The notes under the pieces were generated by a model, which did no database searches, was not told the DNA's origin, and saw nothing but the letters and a program-made list of their open reading frames with translations. DNA of 64,000 nucleotides from Octopus sinensis. Lineage: Eukaryota. Positions 10,588-23,521 of this stretch are shown here, piece by piece. Made by a program: the position numbers and the translations under genes. The stretch covers positions 45,508,001 through 45,572,000 of the forward strand of contig NC_042999.1 of assembly GCF_006345805.1 (NCBI RefSeq), in the 5' to 3' direction. Each line of letters opens with the position of its first letter. Position 1 is the stretch's first letter.

Positions 10588-11916
10588 GAGGATCTATGTA
10601 AGAAAGAAAGGATGATTTGCATTTTTATAGCATTCATAGTTTAGCTTTCTTTAAATATTCTTCATGTTTTCTTACATTCATTTCCTCATGCCTCTGTCGG
10701 TGTTGTCTTTTCCCTCTATTTATTATATTTTTTCGCTGTTCCTCTCTGATCCATGCCCTATATCTGTGCGTCCTTTCTTGGGCAGCTTTCAACTGTGTTT
10801 CTTGTGAATTTAGAGTTTAGGCTAAATTAACCATTATAAACAAATATCAATTTTTTTTTTTTAGCGAACAGATGATAAATAATTGCACTTATATGCATGG
10901 TCACTGTAAAAAAGAGAAATTAGTTTGATAAAAAAATTACTTTTCACTATCAACACACCACCACCACCACCACCACTTATCTGCCCCTCTCTCTCTCTCT
11001 CTCTCTCTCAATATAAATGCCACCCCTGTCCATCTCTCTCTGCCTTTCCCTTCAGCTAACTTTTTAACCACATAATAAGTATTCATTCCCCACTACACAT
11101 TAACACTTTTTCTCTCTCTTTTTCTTTTTTTTTTCTCTTGTTCTCTGCCTCTACCTTCAGCTGACCATGTGACCATTTGGTCTTCGCTTATTACTATTAA
11201 TCACCTTTTTCTGCTTCTTCCTCTCTTCTTTCTTCACCCCTCCCTCCCTCTCTCTCTCACTCTGTCACTTTTACTCCACCTCCACCTCTCTAACTAATGT
11301 ATAACAGGCAAACGAACAAACAGATTATTATATAGATAGTGTCTCATATAAGTAATATTCTGCTAGTCCTGGGACAAAAGATAAGCTGACTGGACCATTT
11401 ATTATTATTATTATTATTACTATTATTATTATTATCCCTGAATGATTCCTTATACTCTAGAACTGAGATGGTATTTATGTTTGCTAGGTCTAGCTTTAAA
11501 ATCAAATTTATCTTAGTATATCAAGTGAAGTTACCAGCATTCAGTTGACATGAAAGACCATGGAGTCTCCCAGGATCAAAGGACCTGCCACTTTGGCACT
11601 ATACTCTTCCACATATGTCAGTGCCAAGTCTAAGTGAAATAGAGATGTACAACTTTATTCTGGGCTAAGTAGACTACTAAATGTTTGCTATAGAAAGCAT
11701 TAAGCCAATCTCCCCAAAAGTTTTTCACTGGAAGGATTAAAAAATATGTTTCAGCCATTTTTTGTTCTAGACTCTGTTGAGTTACCTTGCTCTAGGAATA
11801 GCCAATATTTGCTACAAGCAAAACATTGATCCAGTCTTCAAAAATATACTGAGAAGTCAAAAATATGTTTTAGCTATATATATATATATATATATATATA
11901 CACGCACATATATATA

Positions 11917-12190
11917 TCATCATCATCATCATCATTTAATGTCCGCTTTCCATGATAGCATGGGTTGGATGATTTTGACTGAGGGCTGGCGAACCAGATA
12001 GCTGCACCAGGCTCCAATCTTGATCTAGCAGAGTTTCTACAGTTGGATGCCCTTCCTAATGCCAACCACTCTGAGAGTGTAGTGGGTGCTTTTACATGCT
12101 ACCGGCACAAGGGCCAGTCAGGCGGTACTGGCAATGACCTCGCTTGAATCTTTTTTCACATGCCACTGGCACAGGTGCCAGTAAGGCATA
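11917..12190 (-). mobile_element. RTE LINE 3' end between (TA)n tracts
   Basis: (CAT)n tail and conserved body, flanked by (TA)n on both sides. Confidence 0.85.
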
Positions 12191-12196
12191 TATATA

Positions 12197-12229
<33 letters not shown>

Positions 12230-12698
12230 ATACATACACATACATAGTGTGGCCCAAATGACATACACCAAAACATTTGACATTTTATTTATCTTAAGTT
12301 GTTATTATTATTATTATTATTGTTAGGGTGGTGGTCTAGCAGAATTGTTAGCATGCCAGGCGAAATGCTTAGTGGTATTTCACCAGTCTTTACATTCTGA
12401 GTTCAAATTCCACTGCGGTCCACTTTGCCTTTTCCCTTTTGAAGTCAATAAATTAAGTACCAATCAAGTACTGGGGTCGATGTAATCAACTAGTACCCTT
12501 CCCCCACATTTCAGGCCTTGTGCTTTTAGTAGAAAGGATTATTATTATTATTGTTACTCACTTTCTTCATCATGTACAAGTGTGTATATATTCATCATTA
12601 TTTATTTTATTTAATTTTAGAAAAACTGAAGCATATATATAACTCTGGAACATGACTTTTGGCCCACCCTGTACATACATATATACATACATATATAC

Positions 12699-12738
<40 letters not shown>

Positions 12739-12759
12739 GTAACTTGTTTTTACATTTCA

Positions 12760-13075
12760 TGTCCTCTCCAGCCTTGCGCGGGCCTGGGCTAGATGTAAGA
12801 AAATCCTGGGTAGCCCAATCGTTAGGATTCCTCTCTTGACCTTGCTGACGTAGTCCAGAAGAGTGCAGAGCATTACGTTTGGCACCAGCTTGGTTGCAGG
12901 AGCTGCCAGAAGAGTGTCGAATCGAACACTAAACCGCCTACGGGGCTCCACTCTGGATTTCTTTGAAGGTTGTCTCCTTTCCGTAACCCTGGATAGGGGC
13001 CCATACTAGGTACTGTCAGCTGGAGCCAGCTGAGCCTGGGACTCATGTCAGGCAGGGTCGTCAATCCCTGAAGTA
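12760..13075 (-). mobile_element. GC-rich insert resembling the 5' region of an RTE-clade LINE
   Basis: An abrupt GC-rich island between (TA)n tracts. The minus-strand TTCTGGCAGCTCCTGCAACCAAGCTGGTGCCAAAC recalls RTE 5' leaders (from memory, unverified). Confidence 0.4.
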
Positions 13076-13098
13076 GTGAAGAAAATTGCTACCCACTA

Positions 13099-13140
<42 letters not shown>

Positions 13141-15836
13141 ATATTATATATATATATATAGGGAAAGTTTACGAAAAAATACAAAAGACGAAGACAGGTG
13201 GTGTACAAAACAAACAGATGTATTAGTATAGCACTCAGGAATAGAAAAAGCCTTTTACATTTCGAGCCTATGCTCTTCTACAGAAAGGTACACATAAAAA
13301 ACAAGGAGAGAAAAAAGAGAGAAAAAAATATATATATTCTATATTGTGTTGAATCCTTCTGCTTTGGGGCTAACTGATGAAGCCACCTCCTCAATCTTTG
13401 ACTATCCTGGAACATGACTTTTGACCCACCCTGTATACACACACACACACACACATATTGTTCTAGACTGTACTATGTCTTTTTTTTAAATAATTGTCTT
13501 ATATTTTGCATCTTGGCAAGAAAGGTGGATGAAAAGATAAGATCAGAGGTTGAAGTGCCAAGATGAGGAAAGAATGGTGATAGATGGAAAAAAAAATTCA
13601 GTAAACATGCTCATTGTAGCTTGATGTGTGAATGAATTTTTGAATATCAAGAGTTCTCATTTAGAAGCATTCTCTTGAAGACATTCCACCATAGAGTTTT
13701 TAATCATCAACTTTGGCATAATGAAAATCCTATTCGGTAGTCCCCTATAAGCAGGTGTCAAGTAGACACTAGTTATTTAAATCTAAGTTAGACCCTTAAC
13801 AAACAATATCATTGATACTCAATGTAAAATGGTGCAGAGCTAATAGTCGCCTTGGTGTTGTGTACAAATATATTTCAACGTGTAGTTTTATTGCTTACGT
13901 AAAAGCTAATTTTGTTCTGTTTGACTTCAGATACTTGTCAATTTTGTTAATATGTATCACATGAAAGATAAAACATGCACTAAAATACCGAAGAAAAGGA
14001 ATAAATAAATGAATAAAACCATTAATATACTATAATTAGTTGTTTAAAAGTTGTTACATCAACTCTTTCTTGTGTAAGATTTTATTCTATTGCTTGAAGA
14101 ACAAACTGCAATCATCAATAATTTTTGGATGTGTTTCCTTCTGTATCTCTTTCTCTCTAGGAAATGTTTTGATGTAATCTCTCCGAACTTGTTTTTCGCT
14201 ATCTCCCATATTTGATTTAATTTTTCTATGCCTGTTGTTGCTATCTGTTATAATCTGGAGAGGAAAACAACACAAAAATGTAACTGTAGAGAGAATTAAT
14301 GCTTAATAACATTTTGTTGCCAGTTTCTTTGTTAGCTTCCAACACAATTTAGATTAAGATAGCATAAATAGTCTGTTATTTAGGATTGTCAAAAAAATTT
14401 CCATCAATTAAAACTAAAGATTCTCAGTTAGATAGGGCTTAGAGTTTTTTTCTTTATACTTTACATCAAGAATCACTTTGCATAATCAGATCTATTAGAA
14501 TTTGAAGCTATCACTTTTCACAATTTATAGAAGTGAAAATTTTTCAGTCAGACCTCATCTAAATGAGGTCTAGTCTCTCAATCATATTTTTTATTGATCC
14601 TGCAACATTTTGATGACTTAATAAGAAACTTAAAAATTTCGCCAATGTCGAACCTGTTTTGGAATCCTTTGACCAAGTTGTCTTGCTGAAACAATCCAGT
14701 CATGTGGATTTACTAAATCCTCTTTATTTCTCATTTGTTTCTTATATTCCATCCACTCTTTCTCCTCCTTGGTGGGCATCATCTTTATCTCTTTAACTTG
14801 AACTGACTCTGAATATTTTTAATCAGGTAGGTAGGGGGGTCAGAGTATTCTGCATGTTAACTCAATATTTATATCAAATATCGTTTGACTTCCTGGAAAC
14901 TATTTTTTTCTTTGTTGTTGTTCTCTTTTGATATGATAATTTATAGAGTCATTAACAATCCCAAAGGAAACATACTCTAGCTACAAGCCTAAGAAAATTC
15001 AAATTGCTTAGTTCTGCTGCTCAGAATAATTGGCCACATTAGAAAGTATTTAAAAGTTACATTCATAGCAACAGTATTTTCTCTCCAGACAGACAGTCAC
15101 TTAATACTCTTATGCACCAATACAGCTTTTTAGCTTTTTAACTAAAGTCTATAAAAAGTTTCCATTATTCCTCATGCTGTTATTTGCCTATTAACATTAG
15201 AAAAAAATATTTCTCTTGAAAGAAAAGGAAAAAAAAAAACTGTATCAAAACTACTACAAATTATAAAGAATTTATGATGACAGTTAAAGAATACCGATAT
15301 TTTTTGTTTCCTTACCCCTTGCAGAAATGTTCATTCTTGAAGCTGTGACAATCAATTCAGCTTTGTCTTTACTTGGTCCAATGTTTCTCTCGCCAGACAA
15401 TTCAACTCTGTTGAGTTAATCAAGTGAGATGCTTTATGGTTTGCTTTATAGAAATCAATGTTTGTATCGGTATTATTCTGTACATCATATTCGCAAAAAA
15501 AAATATCTCTCATCATTACATTTGTTTATGGTGCTATTCTCTGACGAAGAAAAAAAAACTGGTACAGGTATTTTGTTATTAGGAAGCTCATTGTGTAGAT
15601 GTACAATTAGCATATATTACACTTGGCAGTTTTTCTCTCCTGAGAGTAGTCTTTAAGATTTGTGAAGTAGTAAATTGCAGAAGTCATTGAGTGATGGAGT
15701 AAAAACCTAGTAATATTTGGTTTTGGCCTTCAGCATTCTCAGTTCAAATCCAACTGTAGTTAGCTCTGCCTTTTGTCTCTCTCTAGCATATAAAAGTGAA
15801 GATTTGATACCAGTCAAGCACTGGGTTCATCTAAAT

Positions 15837-16080
15837 CAGTGGTTTCCAAACTTTTCAGGGGGTACCATCCCCTTGGCACCCCAGGCCACATTTCTTGCAC
15901 TTCCCCCTACCCTACCACACACACTCTCACCACCACAAACACAGACCACTTTCTGTAGCAAATTCAGAACAACTGCATTTCACAAATAAAACTTAACTGA
16001 ATTAACCCATTATTTTGTTGCTTTTATACCTATTGCCTCCTTTTGGCTACCCCCACTTTTCTTCAATGCCTTCTTGAATC
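15837..16080. mobile_element. hAT-like MITE fragment
   Basis: Starts CAGTGGTTTCCAAACTTTT, a hAT/Charlie-type terminus. The right end is not clear. Confidence 0.45.
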
Positions 16081-16433
16081 TTTGGATATTATTTTTGCTT
16101 TGTTTTTTGGTGATATACCTCTGTCTTAACTTCTTTTTTCCTTTTATAGCTGAGAGTAAAGAAGGAAATTGAATTAACTGCAGATGAAACTAAATTTGCT
16201 GAGGATGGTTTGAACAGTTGACATCTCGTTATTTATTCATGAGCACTAATTTTAAGTAAATGAATTACATAACCCCAAAACACTTGGGTTGAAATAATTA
16301 TATTTAAGTTAGTTATTCAAGTTACTTTCTTTATATATGTATATAAAAAAAATCCAGTTATACTATACTATAGATTAGTAACAAGTTTAAACACCTGGGA
16401 GGTAAAATATACACATACATACACACACACATA

Positions 16434-16484
<51 letters not shown>

Positions 16485-16829
16485 ACATATGTATATATAT
16501 ATGGTAGAGAAGCACTTTGAAGTACAATAATGGGTATGTCGGAAAAGGTATTTTATACTGTTCGACATATTTTCGATTTATCTTTCATTGAATTCTTTTC
16601 CTTTACATTTATAAATTATTGGCAGACAGGTGTAAATAGGACTGCAAGCTGAAATGGAATATGTCAATGATAGGAAAAATTCAGATTGGATGGAAAAAAA
16701 AAAAAATGGCGAAAGGCAAAAAAAAAAACTGAATTTAGATTTTGGATTTGGCTCAAAAAATTTAACCATAGTCATGTTTTATGTTTTTCTTTTATGAGAT
16801 AGTTTTAGAAGTAAGAGCAGTAGTTGCAG

Positions 16830-17560
16830 CCTTTTCTGGCTTTCCTAGACTGGAAGAATTAGGATAGTTGGCTAAAATTAGTGTAGCTCGTATTCGTTTA
16901 CAGCTTCTGATGATCAGTTTTCTATGCTCAAGAGAGACCTCTGGAAAAAAAAAAGATGATGTAGATAAGTAGCTGCTTTCATTCCTTATTCAAAAGGATG
17001 AAACACAGAAATGGTGGTGGTGGTGGTGAGTGTACTTAGATGGGGGCAGAGAAGTAAAATGAGTAGGTTTAGCTTTGCTGTCTTAAGGTGTAGGCATATT
17101 GGGCAGCTGCAGAGGGATCCCGTGGATCTAGAAGCTCAGTGCTCCATGTATACTGTGGTTGTATATGTAAGGAGCCTGTAATACAGTCAAGATAGATATG
17201 CATTGGAATAGTGATTGTGGAAGCAGCATAGTGGAGATAGCTTGTTGGGTGTTTATCTGTTGTTGCAGACTGTTGGTGAATGTAAGTTTATCAAGTAGAT
17301 GATAGTCCACACCAAGATGATGATGTGTGTAGTTGTCTATGGTCATATCTCATTGTAAACACTGCTTCTTGTCTGTTAACAATGCTTAAGCAAAGTGAAA
17401 CTTTGTACTTAGATGAGTGATAGCTCGAGAAAGCAAAGAAGCTTTCAAACTGGGTTATAAGAAATGACGATGATGGTGGTGAGTTTGATGTTAGGAAGCT
17501 CTGTCAAGAGCCTAAAGGCTTTTTTTGCTGGATGCAGTTGAATTGAAGACATGCTATACA
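16830..17560 (-). pseudogene. Highly degraded LINE remnant (CR1/L2-like RT C-terminal region)
   Basis: Minus-strand stop-interrupted frames show weak resemblance to the CR1/L2 post-RT region. Confidence 0.35.
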
Positions 17561-18008
17561 ACTTAGTTGTGAGCCCTTGGTGAAAGTTATAGCTCTAAAC
17601 CATTTGTGTGTGTGTGTGTGTGTGTGTGTGAACAAAAGCTCATAAAGGTTCATTAACTCTTTATGCTTCTATGTGTCAACCTTGGTAAAGAGTTCATTTT
17701 TGAGTGTCATTGAGGCAGAGAATAACAATGTTCTTTCTAATTTTAGCACAGGGCCGACAGTTTTGAAAGGAGAGGACAAGTCAGTTACATTTGACGCCGG
17801 TACTAGACTGGTACTTATTTTATCGACCCTGAAAAGATGATAGGCATGGTTGACTTCAGCAGAAATTAAATTCAGTATATAACAATTCTGCCAACTTAAC
17901 ACTTTTGCCAATGACATAAAATTGCATTCTGTGAATCTGGGTTCATATTCTTTATATATATATATATATATATATATAGTGTGTCATTAATCCACGGGTC
18001 AGCTGGAA

Positions 18009-18364
18009 TTTTAAGGCATAAGAGAATATATTCTGCATGTACCTGGTGTAAAAACACCTGAAAGTACTGAAAGTAAGTCACAGTCAAGTGAGACAACTCA
18101 CATCAAGTCCTTTCTCAGAGTGATACACGTTGATATTTGGTTATTGTTCTGACTTATCAATTCCGCATGTTGAACAAGGCCTGCTACAAGCCGTATCGCC
18201 AACTATGGTTATATGCTAAATGGTTTAGACACCATCTCCAAGCTTGTCCCAAAATTTCATGCCATAGAAAAAATTCAAATATGAATTAGAGGCAGCTTGA
18301 GGTAAATAAACAGCTGTTTTTTTTACACCAGGTGCATAGAGAATACATTCTCTTATGCCTAAAA
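18009..18364. mobile_element. MITE-like element with ~55-bp inverted termini
   Basis: TTTTAAGGCATAAGAGAATATATTCTGCATGTACCTGGTGTAAAAACACCTG is an imperfect inverse of CAGCTGTTTTTTTTACACCAGGTGCATAGAGAATACATTCTCTTATGCCTAAAA. Confidence 0.7.
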
Positions 18365-18464
18365 GCCAGAGCCAATCCATGAACTAACAACACACATTAT
18401 GTGTGTTTGATTTTGTTTACATAGCTTGAGCTGCTTCTAATCCATATTTGAATATATATATATA

Positions 18465-19717
18465 TTGGGTCATCCCATAAATAATGTGGTTTTTTCAATT
18501 GCATGCACTAAAAGTCAGAGGGGAGACAGGATAAACTACCTGCATTAACTTGCCATAAAAGCAGGTAGTAATTTTACCTTGTCCTTATTCTTAGTGCAAG
18601 TTTTGAAGAGTGCCGTTCGATTTTAATAGTTATTTTTTCAAAGCTGTTATGGAAGTGACAAAGGAGCATATTTGGCATATTTTGCTTTATGAGTTCAATA
18701 AAGACAATAGCACAATGGAAAGTGTGGGGAATGTTAATGCAGTATGTGGGGATCGGGCAGGTGGTTCCAGAATTTCCGAACTGGAAACTACAGCCTAGAA
18801 TATGAGCCTTGTCCTGGAAGATCTGTAAAGCTCGACAAGGACTTCCTGCAGATCTTGGTGGAACAAAATCCCATCGTAACTGTTGAGGAACTAGCAGAGA
18901 AGCTTAGATTTGGTCATTCAACCATTCATCGACAAAATGTGTGCCATTGGAAAAGTCAGCAAATTGGGTCAATGGGTTTCTCACAAATTTTCCGAATCTG
19001 ATTGTGCACAGAAAGTGAATGTGTGCTCTTGTTTGCTGTTATGTCTCATGAATGAATCTTTTTTGGACCAAATAGTGACTGGTGATGAGAAATGGGTTCT
19101 CTATAAAAATGTCAAGCACCAAAGACAGTGGGTAGGGAATGGAGAAACACTGGTACCCCAGGTTAAAGGTCTTCACTCATGTAAGGTGATATTATCTATT
19201 TGGTGGGATATAAAAAGTTTAGTTGACTTTGAACTTTTAAACCCAAACCAAACAATAACAAAAGAGATCTATTGCAAACAGCTTGAGTGGCTTAAGTCAG
19301 CGGTAGAAGAAAGACGACCATCAAGATAAAAGGTGTTCTTCCATCAGGATAATGCTTGACCATAAACAGCAAGGATGACATTCTATAGGCTGGAGCAGTT
19401 TGAATGGGAGATGATGCCCCACCCACCATATTTACTGGACATTGCCCCATCTAATTATCATTTATTCTACAGTCTTCAAAATCATTTGGACAGGAAAAAT
19501 ATGAATTCTATAGATGATGTCAGAACAGTACTGGAGTATATTTCATCACAGACAATTGAATCTTAGAAGAGGGGCCTTGCAAATCTACCAGATAGATGGG
19601 AGAGCATTGTAGAAAATGAAGGAGAGTATATTTTAGATTAAAAAAGAATTTTGTGTATCTTAATTTTGAAAAATAAAAGAAATATGAAAAAAACTGCATT
19701 ATTTATGGAATGACCCA

Positions 19718-19718
<1 letters not shown>
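18465..19718 (+). mobile_element. Full-length but inactivated mariner transposon (1254 bp)
   Basis: The TIRs are TTGGGTCATCCCATAAATAATG and CATTATTTATGGAATGACCCAA with a TA TSD. Transposase motifs IVTGDEKWVLY, HQDNA and HPPYLLDIAPSNYHLF are split by frameshifts and stops (~18620-19640). Confidence 0.95.
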
Positions 19719-19763
<45 letters not shown>

Positions 19764-20611
19764 GCTTCTTTGCAGCTCTAAGAGTTTTTAACTCTTATTT
19801 CTAGCAATGTAGGTGCTACCTTGCAGTCACAATTGGTGAAAATTGAATTGTTTCTTTTTGGCTTATATTGCCAGCTTTGTTATCTTATATGTACAAGTGT
19901 GTATGTGTGTTCTTCAAAATTGTACACACACAAAAAAAAAGAAACAAAAAAAGACCCAGAAGCAGGTGAGGGAACAACAAGCAGGGTGTATTAGTTTGAT
20001 TTCCAGGAAAAATAGAGTCTTTGACGTTTTTAGCTTACGCTCTTCTACAGAAAGGAATGAGGAAAGAAAAACTATGTAGAAAGGTAAAAAAAACCAAAAA
20101 CAGAGAGAGAAAAAATGTGTCTAGATTAACAGTTTCACATTGTGTGTGTATATATATATATATTTATATATATATATATTTATGTGTGTGTATATATATA
20201 TAGATATGTGCTAGAAGATTGTTAAATGTGTTAGGAACATCATTTTGGTAGTACTACAGGAAGTACGAGATATACTGCCTAATTAAAATTGGAAACTTCT
20301 CAGAGCTGATGACTGGTAGCTTTGATGCATTTCATAGCAAGGTATATTCAGGATACATATTTAAAGGTATATAATACATTATTTAGATTGTGAAACAAAG
20401 ACTGGTTATGAAGGAACGCAATAAATATTCATCACTCAAACTATGCGTGTTGAGACTTGTATGAATAATTATTATTATTTTTTTTTCTGAAGAGGTCATT
20501 GACCATTTTGAGATGAAGACGACAGAAGACAGTATATTTTCTTTCTTTTGTAAGATAGGTGAATAATAAGAGTTATTTTGATTTCTACATAACGGTATTT
20601 GACTTTCAAGG

Positions 20612-20652
<41 letters not shown>

Positions 20653-20709
20653 TGCGTGCTGGGTAGCAGTGCTGAGCATTGATGTATATAAATACAAACT
20701 CTTGTTGCT

Positions 20710-20812
20710 AGTTCAAATATGCTTGCGGCATATTCGAATCCCGGAGAGAAATTTTCTCAATGACAAAATACAGTGATACAGGCTCAAATAATGCCTCAAG
20801 CATATTTGAACT
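20710..20812. mobile_element. Tiny MITE-like element with ~30-bp inverted termini
   Basis: AGTTCAAATATGCTTG and CAAGCATATTTGAACT form a perfect 16-bp inverted pair that extends imperfectly inward. Confidence 0.55.
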
Positions 20813-21190
20813 GGTTACAAGTTTATATATATATATATATATGGATGTGTGTGTTTGTGCATATATGTGCGTGCGTGTGTGTGTGTGTGTGTGTGCGCGT
20901 CATCACCAAATATTTTCTGTACAGTGTTTGCCAAGTAAGTTACTTGTAAAATAATAATAAAAAATGTTTGGTATCAAGAAGGGCATCTGACTGAGGAACA
21001 CATCCTCAAGACATCTTGCCCAAACTCATATCACCAAGGAAAATGTGGATATAAAAATATGATTGTGCACACACACACACATTATTTTACATCCATTTTC
21101 CATGTTGGGATGGGTTTAGTTTGGATGAGTTGTTGCTGATCTCAAAAATTGGTCAGAGATCACATCTCAGTCACCATTTTGGTGTGATTT

Positions 21191-21229
<39 letters not shown>

Positions 21230-21234
<5 letters not shown>

Positions 21235-21376
21235 GTTAGGAAGGGCATCCAGCTATAGAAACATTGCCAGATCAGACTGGGCCTGGTGCAGCCTTCTGGC
21301 TTCCCAGACCCCAGTTGAACCGTCCAACCCATGCTAGCATGGAAAGCGGACGCTAAACAATGACGATGATGATGTT
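21230..21376 (+). mobile_element. RTE LINE 3' end, sense orientation
   Basis: Ends CCCATGCTAGCATGGAAAGCGGACGCTAAACAATGACGATGATGATG and is flanked by (TA)-rich tracts. Confidence 0.85.
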
Positions 21377-21817
21377 TATATATTTCAATATCATCATCAT
21401 TTAACATCTATTTTCAAAGTTGACATAAATTGAATACATACCTGCATACACACACACACACACATAGTTCAAATCTACAGAAAACAAAAGACAAAGACAG
21501 GTGAGGGAGCAACAAGCAGGTGTATTAGTTTGATGCTCAGGAAGAATGGAAAGGTCTTTGATGTTTCAAGAATACGCTCTTCAACAGAAAGGATTGAGAG
21601 GTATAACAAAATAGAGAGAGAATGAAAAAAGTGGAGAGAGGAAAAAATATGGTGGAATTAATGGTTTAACATGATGAATATATATATATATATATATATA
21701 CACTCATACCTATATATACACATACATATATATGGTTGAAAAGATTGTCCTTTTCTTCTTTCTATCACAAGAATGGCAAGTCATTGTACCAGCCCAATTG
21801 TATGATACATTTGTCTA

Positions 21818-22340
21818 TCGTAAATCCTCGAGTATAGTCTGCCCTTGAGTATAATATGCAGGGGTTTTTTAGGGGGCTGTACCTCTGAAAAACCTAAATC
21901 TTGTGTATAATACACACCCCTTCTCTAAATTGAGTCATGCGTAATTAAGCCAGCAGCACCTAGTCGAACAAACACTTCCGCGCATGCATAATACAATAAT
22001 GGTGATGTTCTTAACTGTTATATGAGAATGTAAATATGTTTACAAATTGTTTTTTTTACATGTTATTCTGTGTTCTGTATACTTTTCTTTTAATAAATGT
22101 TGCTTACTGCAAGTTATGGATAATTCCTTTATGACTGCATATGCTTTCAGGCTAGCTTAAGGTATTTTCGCGCCCGACATCACAAAATGCGTCTGAATAA
22201 ACATTGCTGGACAGCAAATAGAGACTCAGACATTGCTTATAAAATATTTTTCATTTTTAACCTCGTATATAGTACGCACCAGGGATTTTGACCTTTAAAT
22301 TTTGGGGAAAAAAATGTGGATTATACTCAAGGATTTATGG
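21818..22340. mobile_element. pogo/Tigger-type MITE
   Basis: The TIRs are TCGTAAATCCTCGAGTATAGTC and GATTATACTCAAGGATTTATGG, with TA on both flanks. Confidence 0.75.
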
Positions 22341-22668
22341 TATTCATCATCAAAGTAGTGTTGATGTTGATAGTATGACTGACTGCTTTGGAGTGACAAA
22401 ACCCCTATTTGAAATGCAAGTATAAGAATTTTAGTCAAGTTAATTAACCCCAGTACTTAGTGTTTTGTATATATAGGTTTTTCCATGCTGGCATGGCTTG
22501 GATGGTCCAACAGGAACTAACAAGCCAGAGGACTACATCTGCAGCTGGATGCTCTTCCTAATGCCAACTACTTTACGAAGTGTACTGGGTGGTTTTCTTC
22601 TTTGTTTTTCATTTGTGAGGTCATGAAGTATTTGCAAGACAAGACCCGTCAACAAAGTGGGGTATAGT

Positions 22669-22788
22669 CAGTGCTGGATTTAGGACAAATGAAGCCCTGT
22701 GCTAGTTTAGTTATGAGGCCCCTTACTTGGACAGGGCCCTTTGGTCAATGGGGTCCTGTGCTTAAGCATAATGGTAAATCTGGCACTG
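22669..22788. mobile_element. hAT-type MITE (120 bp)
   Basis: The TIRs are CAGTGCTGGATTTA and TAAATCTGGCACTG, with an exact 8-bp TSD GGTATAGT. Confidence 0.85.
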
Positions 22789-23476
22789 GGTATAGTAACT
22801 GAATGAGGTGAAAGTATGATAGAGGGACAGGAACAGATGTCTTAATCCGTTTGTCTGTCCTTGTTTGTCCTCTCTGTGTTTAGCCCCTTGTGGGTAGTAA
22901 AGAAATAGGTATTAATTGGATGTAAAACTCATATGTAAATTGTTGGTGGTGCTCCTCACCTTAATTTGAAAGCCACAGGCAATCTCTTACTTCGCTTTGG
23001 GCACAGTGCCATCCCTGCTGAGGGCATTGTGTTTGGTTTGCAAGGGCAGCAAAAATACCCGTAATGGGTGTGAACTGAGAATCTATAGAGTAGGCAATCC
23101 AATATCTTAATTCACTTAGCCATCTCAACAAGTGAATAATATTTCGTATTAAAATAATATCTCGATGAAGTTGTGAGTTGAGATAATTGACGTAAAATGA
23201 GAAACAGCAAAAAGATAAAAGAAGCTTGCAAAGCACCTGATGTGATTAGTAAAAGGAAGGGTGGGAGAGACAGGCATCAGAGAGTGCTTTGTATCTCTTC
23301 AAATACTGTAATTAAAGACATTGTGCTGATATTGCCAGTCTAATTATGTAATGCATATTTGTTTGTCACCGGAATATTTGTGTATGAATGTTTGTCAGTC
23401 TGTGTGTTGGTTGATGTCTACGTATTGTTTTCTTTTATTTTCATTTATATTTATATTTTATATTTGCTTTTTCCAG

Positions 23477-23521
23477 TCTAGTGTTGATATCATTGCTGTC
23501 ACTGTTCTACCTACAATGTTG
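23477..23521 (+). CDS. Candidate 45-nt exon (LVLISLLSLFYLQC in the phase-2 frame)
   Basis: A long polypyrimidine tract ending ttccag. It is in frame with the 9770-9849 segment, but the donor (TG|gtttaa) is weak. Confidence 0.25.

Noticed and set aside
14549-14570. 9-bp hairpin AGACCTCAT-CTAA-ATGAGGTCT
   Set aside because: It is short enough to arise by chance in 64 kb, and there is no supporting context.
14640-14826. Plus-strand coding exon ending at CAG|gtaggt
   Set aside because: All three plus-strand frames have stops just before the donor. It could at most be a non-coding exon.
15325-15470. Plus-strand exon after the strong acceptor ccccttgcag
   Set aside because: All frames close within ~30 codons and there is no convincing donor or phase match.
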